Position numbers and translations under genes: made by a program. A DNA stretch of 63,029 nt, counting the filler, from Sphacelaria rigidula (taxonomy: Eukaryota): assembly GCA_964200075.2 (NCBI GenBank). It is 7 parts of 7 records of this genome, joined end to end, with 100 filler letters (N's around TTAATTAATTAA, not from the genome) between each part and the next. Parts side by side here need not be neighbours in the genome. Positions count along the whole stretch, not along the records: positions 18,039 to 26,957 come from CAXNAA020009757.1; positions 27,058 to 35,976 come from CAXNAA020009758.1; 5 more parts are not named here. One strand, 5' to 3'. Positions 25,001 to 35,500 of the stretch are shown here, piece after piece. Below the pieces are notes generated by a model. That model worked only from the letters and a program-made list of their open reading frames with translations. It made no database searches and was not told the DNA's origin. Positions within the stretch are counted from its first letter, which is position 1, and each line of letters begins with the position of its first letter.

Positions 25001-26317
25001 CAATTGGTCGCTTGTGCGTTGAAGTATACCGATGTACGCGGAACCCCCCCAACTACTTGGTTATAGTAAGCTATCGACGTCTTCCCTGTGCGCTGGAGCT
25101 CAAATCGAGTGAGTGGAACAGATTTTCGAGTTACGCAACGAAACTTCGTACAAACCTTCCTTGGACTACGTCGGGGCGAGTCAGGTTTGATTTTTTACTT
25201 TTCAAGCAATCTGAACCGGCTTTCCGGGGTCTTCGTGCTGGGATCCCCGGAAGCCGGTAGAGAGCGGATAAACTTTGTGACATTATTGAACGTCTCCTCC
25301 ATTCGTAGCATCCATATCTACCAATCTGCCAAGTTTGAGGATGATCGGAGTCTCTCTCCGAAAGTTGCAAGGAAAAACGTCAAGAGGCTCTCCGGGTTTC
25401 CAATGCATACCATCAATGTTAATCCGACGACGCCAAAACCCTCCATCACTAAACACCACGTTTTGGGACATAACGTCATCGCACAAAAAATGTGTTCAAT
25501 TTTGTTTTGGCGTTAGATTTTCCCTAGCTGATGGCGGTTACCAAGGTTTGATTTGTGATGAGATTGGATGCAAATTGAGTCAGGAATTCGCACTCTTCAT
25601 TTCAGGATAACTTGAAGGCCTCTGACTGGTCTAGACGAATTCTCGCGTCTAGCTCCCCTGCTAGGGCAATATATGAAAAACTCGAAGTGTCATGCTCTTT
25701 TCCTGCTCGAGGGGGTCACTACGATTCCAAAATTTATGTGAAGTTGACCACTATTGCGTTCTGTATATAGTGGGGAATAAATGTTGAGCTTTCACCCTGA
25801 ACCAGCCTGTACTCATAACCAAGACATCACTGACCTATATGTGCTATCGCTGCTTCAAATATACGTACGTGCACGTTCGTGCGCACCCATACTCATGCCC
25901 CATACCCCCATTCCCATACAGGGACGACGTGGATTTCTTCACGCATATGGAAATGTACATGCGACAGGAGAAGCCCACGCTGTGCGGGAGAGATCATATT
26001 TCATACCGATCGTACTACCTCCCGGCGAAGGTATGTTACGACATCCCAGACGAGTGGTTTTATCATAAAGAGTAAACCTTGCTGTAACGTAAAGCTCGTG
26101 GTAAGAACGCGGCCGCCTGCGGCCCACGTACCCCCAACAGTCATTACTGACCAAAAACCATTCCCGACCCAACGTGCAGGATGTAATCGACGGAGATCTG
26201 TGCGAGCAGTTCTCATCTCTACCCTACGATAAGCAAAAGCTCGTGTCAGCCGGGTTGGACCGGACAATAGGGGAGGTGGTGAAGAAGCTGGAGGACACGA
26301 GGAACAGATTACTCTAG
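19090..26317 (+). CDS. SF3B3: Splicing factor 3B subunit 3 (SAP130/Rse1), 3' part; exons 19090-19228, 19771-19882, 20643-20822, 21286-21412, 21638-21705, 24130-24251, 25922-26030, 26180-26317 (stop)
   Basis: The spliced translation contains SF3B3 C-terminal signatures: DNEAAFS..., LLHKTEV...FQGRLLVGVG...MYDLGRKKLLRKCENK, FADDEVPRF...LDYDSIAGADKFGNIFVLR, FHVGEVVTSLQKTTLVPGG, DDVDFFTHMEMYMRQE...[28 protein letters not shown]...LDRT..EVVKKLEDTRNR. All introns are GT-AG with matching phases. Confidence 0.97.
19306..19620 (+). mobile_element. tRNA-derived SINE family B; other copies about 29407-29677 (+), 44626-44940 (+), 62715-62855 (-, partial)
   Basis: Head has a Pol III A-box-like ggtggtgtatgg and a B-box ggttcgattccc. 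Shared body (gaaagcgtgag.acgtgagt; gtcatgatcca.tccgcga.accaaaatg; ccacggactcgtcccgagga) and an A-rich tail are seen in four contigs. Confidence 0.75.
19983..20518. mobile_element. 536-bp MITE/non-autonomous Tc1/mariner/pogo-type element in an SF3B3 intron
   Basis: 28-bp TIRs CCGTAGGTTGcATAAGATAcCACACCCC / GGGGTGTGATATCTTATACAACCTACGG (2 mismatches), flanked by TA on both sides. Confidence 0.85.
21856..22207 (-). mobile_element. tRNA-derived SINE family C; 3'-end fragments also at about 39380-39476 and 58415-58556 (+)
   Basis: The minus-strand head GGTCGCCCCGGTGGCTCAGTCGGTAAC...GTGGGTTCGAATCTC has A and B boxes. The tail (cctcctgtgtgaccgcagctggtgcgccca..ataccgagaggtgtacaccgg..tccagaata.atgggaca) is shared with two other contigs, where it ends in CA/CAA repeats. 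Confidence 0.75.
24764..25040. repeat. Inverted repeat with arms of about 90 bp (24764-24855 / 24949-25040), overlapping a direct repeat of about 115 bp (24640-24752 / 24817-24932); probably TE-internal
   Basis: cgcgtacat..tata..tcaacgcacaa.cgaccaattgctcacgccgttttttgg is mirrored by ccaaaaaacggcgtgagcaattggtcgcttgtgcgttga..tata..atgtacgcg. Confidence 0.85.
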
Positions 26318-28083
26318 CGCAGTGTTGATTATGTACAGGGCATGCAACATCACATGTGTGCGAATGTAGGGTGCCAAGTTTTCATCATCATTGTATTAGA
26401 GAGATCTGATATGTCCGACGCCGCGCGTACGTCTCGATCGACTTGTAGAGTCAGTCCCAGGCTGTCCGCTCCGTTTCGTTGTCAACTCAGCCTGGAGTTT
26501 TCAACCTGGGGATGCGCCACAGCACTTGTTTTGTGGAGAAGATGTGTGGCTTGATTCCAGGGAGTTTCCGCTGGGAATTCATTGCGCATATGTCACAGTA
26601 CAGTGACAGGAGTCGAGCGGAAGCACGACCCACAGCGGATGCAAGTAACGAGTGTCAAGTGTCCATCACCCACCACAGACTCAGTTGCCAAGCTTTTCGC
26701 AGGCGAAATCATGTGTGGCATCGTGGCATTGTGTGAGCATCAACACGTGGAAGAAGCGGTCGAAAGTTCCCATGTCCGAATTATGATGTTGTGGTCGAAC
26801 CTGAAGCTTGCAAGTCCACTTCTCCCTGTCAAACGTCAGTAGTCCAGTCCATGGGGGCATTTGGCTCGAGAAAACTTTAAGTTACTGTGTTTATTGGGGA
26901 TGAAAAACCCGGAGAGTTAGAATCTTCGTATCCACACCAAATCTTCGAAATATGGTTNNNNNNNNNNNNNNNNNNNNNNNNNNNNNNNNNNNNNNNNNNN
27001 NTTAATTAATTAANNNNNNNNNNNNNNNNNNNNNNNNNNNNNNNNNNNNNNNNNNNNATCGGGGGTCCGCCCCTACAAAGCCGGGACGGAGCACGCCGGG
27101 TTCTTGCCGGACCAGGCTGAAGCTTTTCTGGAGGGTGGACTGTCGCGTCATCACTAGTATTATTGTAGGAAAAAGTCAGACTATCCGCTGTCCCTGCTTT
27201 TCGCGGCAAGTGCGGCAGAGTGATACGTAAACACGAAGACCCAACTGAAATCAGTAAAACTGTGCGCATGCGATGGGTATGTACCTTGACCCAGGAAAGA
27301 GAAGAAAGGGATACACGGGCACCACCCTCTCGACGTACGAATACATCACCAGACTTTTGGCCTTTCCCCTCTGCATCATGTATCAGATTACGACGAAGGA
27401 GGCATCACCAGAATGTATACGGGAACCGACTACGGCAGCGGATACGGTAGGACCTGTCGCCTCTACTCAAGAGCTTCGAGGAGTAGAAACGGTGAGAGCC
27501 CTGCTGATGAAATGGGGCGTACGGTAGCTTCGCGGTGTCCTATTCGATTGCTTTTTCATTCGATTATTCTTCTATTCGATTGTTGAAGTACAAATAGGCG
27601 TCTTCCGGTTGTGCAATTGAATTATGTGTTTCAGTGGAACGCAGTGGGTAGGAAAAACCACACCCTGGACAATGAACAACATGCGCTGCACGATGAATAA
27701 AATCTGCTGCAATAGACGCCAATATCGTCGTCGGTAATGGCTATCGGTTGACGGGCTTCTCCGTCTTTTGTCATCGGCAATGTCTATCGATAGGCTCTAT
27801 CCCCACCCTATTATCCGGACAGTAGTCTGTTGTGGCTCCACACCGAAAATTGCGGCTGACCAAACACACCTATTGATGGCTTTCCACATCTTTTGATGAC
27901 GGCAATGGCTATTGGCAAACCGTGTGCCTGATCTGTTAGTGATGACAATTGCTATTGATAAATGGCAAACGTTTTCATGACGTCATTGGCTATTAACAGA
28001 TTGCGTACACAATATGTTGATATGACAATGGCTATCGATGAACAGATGCCATACTTTACTCTAGTACATGATGTCAGTCGATA

Positions 28084-29340
28084 CGAGCTGGGCCAGCCTA
28101 AAAATGGATTTAAGATCTCAAAGCAATACCTCATCGACATAGATAAGTTGGGCCATGATCCGCATATCGTACTCATCGTCTAATCAAGGGGAAGGTGCCC
28201 ATTTGCTCAAAAATCTGGGCCATTTTTTTCTCGTTGATCAAACCCCATGCCTAGTAATTCCTATACCGCACGGAGATAGCGTCCACACTAAAATCTATAT
28301 GATACCCCGAACGATACATGCAGCGGATGAGGACAATTTTTGGTGTGAACCTTCCCTGGAGCACGGGGAGACGACAGATACCCTCAATTCGTAATCTATC
28401 TCGAGATATGGCGCACATAAGGTTTGATACTAAAATCAATATATTACGAGCAGAGGCACTAGATGCCCTTCATCTGGATATCGCGTCTCAGTTTTTGAGA
28501 GTTGTGCTATGAAATTTCGTATGGAGAACCGCTAGTGCATTATGAAATTAAAAAATAGCCCTCTGTTTATTTATTTTTTCGTGTTTCTAGGGGAGTTTTG
28601 AGGAGAAATGAACATTGCTCTTGGGCTCTATCTCAGTTTTTTTGCTCAATTTTTAAAATTGTGATTTGAAACTTAGCATGGAGGACGCCCGGACCTCTAC
28701 CCCCCCCCCCCCCCTCCCCCAAAAAATGTCCTTCATTTTTACTTTTTATTTTGGGGGGGGGGCGTACTCATTTGTTGCTTGCCTTAGTAGTTTGACCATT
28801 GACCACGCATCCCTTTCGAGACGGAGCACCGTTCATTTTGTTTTTTTGGGAGGGGGAAAGGTTCGGGCGTTCTCGTAAAAAACTGGTCGTTACCGCACTA
28901 GAACACCACAAACAGTTACAAATATAAAAAATAAAAAAAACTGACCCACTAAGTTTTGTTTATTATGCCCTAGCGAGGGAACACACAAATTTCAATACAC
29001 AAATACTGTACCGAATTTCTACCGACCCGGTTTTCGAAAGGCGAATGCGCCGGTCAATATTTAGAGTTGGAGCGTAAAACTTGGTATGGACAATGCATAG
29101 GGCATGAAAAATACATTTTCAAGAAGTATCAGAAGTTTTTTTTTCAGGGAAATAATCAATTTTCAGGTATCAGTAAAATGTCCTTCACTGACGAAAAAGA
29201 AAAGAAAAATTCTGGTGCTTCTTTAGTATTTTTTTCATGCCCTACGCATTGTCCATACCGAATTTTACGCTCCCACTCAAAATATTGGCCGGCGCATTCG
29301 CTTGCAAATTTCAAATCCGCCTCTAGGCTGGCTCAGCTCG
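28084..29340. mobile_element. Non-autonomous TA-flanked TIR DNA transposon, family A (1257 bp)
   Basis: Left end TA|CGAGCTGGGCCAGCCTAAAAATGGATTT and right end AAATCCGCCTCTAGGCTGGCTCAGCTCG|TA. There is an internal subterminal inverted repeat at about 29042-29114 / 29226-29300. The same terminus ends at 303, 9130 and 46066, and 9020-9130 is the reverse complement of about 28084-28195. Confidence 0.85.
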
Positions 29341-31604
29341 TACGTATCCTCTGTCATCTGTTGCCACGTCTACAACGCAATATACTGTGTGTAGATCATA
29401 TACTTTGCCGGCACCCCCCGGTGGAGTAAATTTGAAATGGTTCGACTGTGGCCATTAGGGTGGAGAGAACGTAGGTACGATACCCAATGCTTTTTTTTCC
29501 CTCTCGAAATACCTGATTTTCACCATCGAAAGCGTGAGTACGTGAGTAGACAAAAAGTAGTCGAGTGAGTTTATTTGACGAGCGTTGACGCGTTGCAAGG
29601 TGTGTACTGGAGAGAGATGACTCGATCCCTTAAGACTACGGACTCATCCCGAGGAAGTTTCCAAGTGCGACAAAAAACTGTTAAAGTACAGTAGACAGGC
29701 CGCAGTTGAACACGCGCTTGGTATATGACGATACCATTGATACTTTTGAAAAAATGACGTTGCGATTCTATGAATCCGGCAGGGCTGTATGTTGTAGGAA
29801 TCTGCGATATGTATGTACAGAAATTTACGAGTTGCGTTGCTAGTGTGGTGTCGGTACTCGGGGTTTCCCATCTGATTAGCAAGAGCGCTTAGAGTACTCA
29901 TGTGCCTGGATGAGATGGGCTTATTGCCTTGACACTAGACTGTAATGGAACATCGCCACAACAGCCCCGAAAATGTGACTGTCCATGTCCATGTCGACTG
30001 ACATCACTGTCTATCAACAGCATTTATAGGCAACAATAGATTTGGTACAAGGGACAGAATTATCATTGCCGTAAGAATGGAATTGCCAAGTCGTTCATCG
30101 ATATGTGTTATTTGTTGCGGTAGGCTCTGAATTGCGTCCACAAATGTCTATTACTATTCAGCATAGGATCCGCGTCGCGGCCACCAATTCATGTTGTTGG
30201 TCACAATAGGATCGCGGCCATCAATACCTATTTTTGGCCAAATGAGAAGCTGAACGGCGTCGATCAAGAGCTTTTGATACATCTTTTCCGGTGGATATTT
30301 CTACCACCCACAAAAGCTGTTGCCAGCTATCGCCCCAGGTAGTTGCGTGTGTACAGTATGTGTTACTTTAGCCATTGATGCCGGTAAGGCCTCTGTACTG
30401 AAATATATATACTACAAACTGTCCACAAATATACTTATTCCAAACCTGTCGTTGGCGGCATTGATTATCGATAGATGTCCCCTTCAATAACAGTGAGTTT
30501 CCTTTTCAATGATATGGAGGCGGTATTTTGGGAGATTAGGCCCCCGAACACTGCACACCTGGCGTCGGGCGATGCTGAAACTACAAGTGTGTGCGGCTTG
30601 AAGCCGCAGGTAGGTATTGACCCAGCAGTTTCAGCGACCCAAGGCGTGTTGTGTTCTGCGTGGCTTGAAGGGATGATTATGCACGATGCTGCGGTGACTC
30701 CCAGCATTTTTTAATCGTAATTCTAGAGGAGGAGGATATGAAATCCGCGCGGAGGTAGCGGTAGATCTTGCCAGACTTGTCGTTTAGGTCGGCCGCTTGT
30801 CGGTCGAGGCTGGCAGCAACAATGGAAAGAAACGCCGATCAAAGTTCGCCATATGTTAGAGGGGCAGACGTCCTTGGGTTTAATACGCCGTGTCGAGCAA
30901 GATGCGGGTGTATAGCGTGGCCGAAGAGAAGAGTGTCTCCTTTACCAAGGGTCAATGCGGACCTGCTCGGGCAGGGGGCAACGTCTCCTTCCAGACAGTG
31001 CCAGACTTGGTGTGGCCTTTACCACTGCGGTCTGAGAAGGACCGGGGCGGTTGCTGCAGTATTCTTCTATCATAATCCACTCGGAATTCTGACGGCGCAC
31101 GCTCCCACGTGAACACATTGAGCTTCTCTGGCAGGCGCGAGATCGCCCTTTAGCGGATTTTTTTTCAAATTTCACTTGCTTCCAGAATAGGGCAGAGTGC
31201 AGGTTGCAATTTGACTATTTTTTACAGATGGATCGCGGGTATTCCAGCCCTGCCGAGGTGTGGTTCGCATCGTACAGTCAGTGCTACAGTACTTGTTGTA
31301 TTGCCACCAGGAAGACATAGTTTCGACTTCGTGGGGTATAACCGTGTCGGGATACATTTCGTGCAATGAACGCTTCCCCCCTTCGCAGTGATTTTCATCC
31401 TCACCCATCCGGCTGCCAAATGCGACGGCGTAGGTCTGTAGCACCAGATATCCCTGCTGATGTGTACACCTCTCTTTCCGGGACGTTCGGCCCTCTAGTC
31501 TCACCATATTTGAAGCCTTGGAGCATCACTGCCTTCAATTGACGCCGCAGATGACGAGCTATATTCGCTGTAAAATGTCTAAACATAGTTGAAAAGGAAC
31601 GACA

Positions 31605-31950
31605 CTGTCAATCCATTGTTGACAGCAATGTCTATTGATGGATATCCCCATATTCGTTGTTAGCCGCAAAGGCTGCTTACCGAATCTATTAATGACGGCA
31701 ATGAGTATCAATAGCTGACTTACCAAATGTATTGATGACGGGAAACAACTATCGATAGATGACTGACCAAATCTATTGATGAGAGCAATGGCTCTCCATA
31801 GATTGCGTACAAAATCTGTTGATGATGACAATGACTATCAATAGATACATCCAGAATCTATTGCGGTATACAACGACTATCGGTGGTCAGTGATGTTAAT
31901 CTGTTGTAATTGCCATAGGCTATTGATCGACGCTTATAGCATCTATTGTC
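31605..31950 (+). repeat. Degenerate minisatellite of about 40 bp (approximately AAATCTATTGATGACGGCAATGGCTATCGATAGAT); further arrays at about 27720-28045 (+) and 30000-30300 (-)
   Basis: Recurrent gacggcaatggctatc(g/a)atag and ccaaatctattgatga words; their reverse complements (atagatttgg, cattgccgt) occur near 30030-30075. Confidence 0.65.
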
Positions 31951-32203
31951 CAATGCAATACAATACATACCAAAAGACGTATCTCACCATCTATTATGTT
32001 CAGCAATATATACATATATATATATCGATAGAATTTCACGCGTGTCTGTTGGTGAAGCAATGGATTATTGTTGTTCCTGTTGTCCAGAGTGCGGGAAAAA
32101 CACAGCATGGCGGCGACGACATGCACACAAATATGCCCATAATTTTCGCACTATCGGCTTTCATGTGCCACCCCTGCTTGCCCAACTCCTTGAGGATATA
32201 CAG

Positions 32204-32536
32204 ACTGCTGCTGGTGGTGCTGTGACTGCCAGCGAGGATGTAGTAGTACGGGAGGACACGGTCGTTGCAAGAGAAGCCACAAATTTACAGCAAAAGGAAA
32301 GGGATGGAGATAACCCGGGGAATAGAGAAGATGACGACCGTGCTGACGATACTACTGGCGGAATCCCGGTCCAAATAAGCTCAACAAACCTGGTGGGCGC
32401 CACGGACAACGCGACGAGCCATGAAACCATCACTCGTGACCCAACACCGGCTACGTCGGCGTTAACCAAGGATGCTGAGGGTGACGATGAGGGGAGGCCG
32501 CCAAAACGCTGGTTTTCACGAAAAAAAACGCGCTAG
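32204..32536 (+). CDS. Possible terminal exon of an unknown acidic/Thr-rich protein ending ...GRPPKRWFSRKKTR
   Basis: The coding-like part of ORF 31946-32536 follows a possible acceptor gatatacag at 32203. No homology was recognised. Confidence 0.3.
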   Translation, partial: TAAGGAVTASEDVVVREDTVVAREATNLQQKERDGDNPGNREDDDRADDTTGGIPVQISSTNLVGATDNATSHETITRDPTPATSALTKDAEGDDEGRPPKRWFSRKKTR

Positions 32537-35500
32537 AGAGCGTGAAGCCACGTAATCTAACAACCTTGCAGTTTCTTTAGTGGGTACTTGAATCTACACG
32601 CACAGTCTAGCATATGAGCTAGAACCAGTCCTTGGAAGGGATGCACAGCGAGAGAGAAAGAGAGAGAAGGGGAATAGTGCGAAATGCATTTACGTGTGCG
32701 TATGGCGTATTGGTAGTACACACCGTTCTATATCTACGTCTATCTTCCTACGTGCAACAAATGTATGGCGTAGTAGAAAGTGGGACGACAAAGGGGGGCG
32801 ACGTCCTTCGACCCATCTCCTCATTTTTGTAGACGACTTTTGATATATTCACCATACTTTCCACCTCCCCCGACATGCAGCGTAGTTAGCGATGTCTACC
32901 GTTGCTTTATTATTTTTTCTCCATGTTGCCTCCTGTCTCGACTGTCCGGCAGCGAGTGTTTTCGTTTATTTTCCTTGAGCACGTCTCTGTCGCGACCTGA
33001 TCTGGATTCATAGCGGATGAGGAGATGTGCGACAACGAACCAGCCAGTCAGCCGCGGTACTTGATGCGTTGACCCTATCAACTAAAGAGAGACCTTGGTG
33101 GCGGCATATTTCGGGCTGCTGGTGGGTTGTGATGGCAGGTGATAGCTGACCATGCTCACAGCACGTGCAGCTCATCGTAACGACCGCCTCGTCCGCTCTA
33201 AAGGGCCAGTATTATTCACCTCTCGTCGAGATTTCGGCAGGACTCATCTTCTGTTCGGTTTCTTGTCGACGCATAGGCCTCGTCCGCGATCGACCCGCAT
33301 CAACCCGCCACCGTGAATAGGTGGCAAAGTGTTGACCCTGGTCAACCGCCCGCTGCCCACCGTGTCAGCCAGCCACCGCGGACTGGTGGCCAAAATCCAA
33401 TGCCAAACCCACCGCCTTTAGTTTCAAGCTGGGTCAAAAAGCCACTTCGGAGACATGGTAAATACACGTACGTGACTGTGATCAACATTCTGACCGACCT
33501 GCCAGCCGCTAAATTATCCGGGGGCCGTAGCTATCGCCTGTTCGGGATGGACGCGTGTACCGAACAGGTTCAGCTATACGTTATACCAGCCGACGCATTG
33601 AAAAAATGAACATGCTTGCGAATTGTTGATGCCACTGCCCACGATGGACAAGGCGAAATAATCTATATTATTTTTCGAAGGAATCGGTGTCCTACAATCA
33701 ACATATAGCATCTTGACGTACTTACTATCTGTAGGTTTGCGAACGGGTTTTGATTATTTCCGGACTGGGACCGATCGCCGAAAACATACCCACCGATCCA
33801 ACCAGCCATCACATGAACAGGTGGCATAGCAATAATATTGATCGACCGCGGCCGAGCTCTCATTGTGACCAAACTCGGAGTGCACTAACCAAGCATCTTG
33901 GACAGGTTATGAACCTCATGGGTAGAGTTGGGAGGGTATGCCCATGGTCCCGGGGGATCCCGTCCTGTGGCATGCCCCGAATGTTCATCGGGACCGCCAC
34001 GACGTCGACCACCTGTTGAAATCGAAATATTTATCATGCCATTCAAGTGCTGGTGTATAATACATGGATATGACGAGCTGATTTCCCGTGGACACGTACC
34101 GGATGGAACGCGCTTGAACAGGAGGAGATTTTTCTGCTGTGTTCAATCGTGTAAGCAAGTCCACTTTAGTTGATCGCAAACTAGAGACAGACGGTCGAAG
34201 TGACTCCCAGTGGTTGTCGACTAGCCTTGGTGATGGCGTGAGTATTTCGCCCTTCTACTCAGGCCTAGGGTTGGGGGTAAGAGTTCGGGTTATCCTCTGC
34301 ACTCTGGTGAAGCTGGATCCGTAGTCATCTGCAGTAGTAACTTGCAAACCTGACAAATAAATGATGGCGCTTGCGGGTTTGCACGCATCAATAATCCATA
34401 ATCGAACTCTTGAAAACAACGACGGTTGTCAACAAACGCTTGGACGCACGGTGTCATGTCCGGCTCTGAACTCAGAAGTACGCACGGGAAGATTCCATTA
34501 TTCACGACAATATATCAGTTAAGAACTAGCTACACGTGCACTCGCGACACTTTCTTCGGATGAGTCCGCTATGATTACCGACATTGCCATCCGTAATTGA
34601 TAACTAGATGTGTCGAGAGTCTGCCATGAGCAACGTACACGACGTCCGCATGAAGAGTTAAAACCCGGTAGAACTGATTTTTTCGGGCTTCGAAGCTAAA
34701 ACGTAAGCTGAGCGGATGTAGGATAAGTGGGACTCTCTGGTGTTGCCTCCACTCCAGGCATTTTGCGGCCAAGACGAGCCTCGTACGTTCTGAACAATGC
34801 CAAGCGCTGCGTTACCACTCAACCACCCTGATGAGTACTCCTTTTCGGGTTATTGCAGTATTGTTTGAATAGTGATGCGGAAAGGGACTCACGGACTCCG
34901 ACCGTGCACCAACCACAAGGAGGCCCACACATGGCCCGACATGATGTAAGCAGCGGATCCTGAAAAAAGAGGTTGACCGATCAAATGGGGTTGAACTCGC
35001 CTTCCGAAAAGTCACATGTTACGTGAAACACTTGTGCAGAAACAATCAACTGATGATTTTATTTGTCTTCCCCTAACTTGCCTTGTCGTGCATTGTTGCT
35101 CCGGTGTCTACAGCCATATTTATCTCCTTTGCACATTCGAAACAGCTCTCTCCAGGTGAGAGAAGGATACTTCCGTCGGCTTCCTTCGGTCTTCGTCAAA
35201 AAGATGTTACGCAGTATTTTCGAACTCTCTCATTTGGTATAATAACAGCGGATCCTGAAAAATGGGGTCCATCTCAAAAATGAGGTTGAAGTGGCATTTC
35301 TTTTTTGCAGGGATGACGCGAAACACTGATAACCGAGCGAAGCCATCTTCCCCCCCAAATGTGCGCGCCAGTTAAGCAGCTGTGGCTAGGTGCACCTAAC
35401 GAATGCGGTGCACACGCGTGTCGATGAAGATATCACCAGAGAGAAACAACGACAGAGAGGAAGCTCCTCACCCGTGTCCTTTGTGTGTTTTCAATCGTTC

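Noticed and set aside
11992..26317. SKI2-SF3B3 RNA-processing gene cluster
   Set aside because: The two genes are on different contigs separated by an artificial linker.
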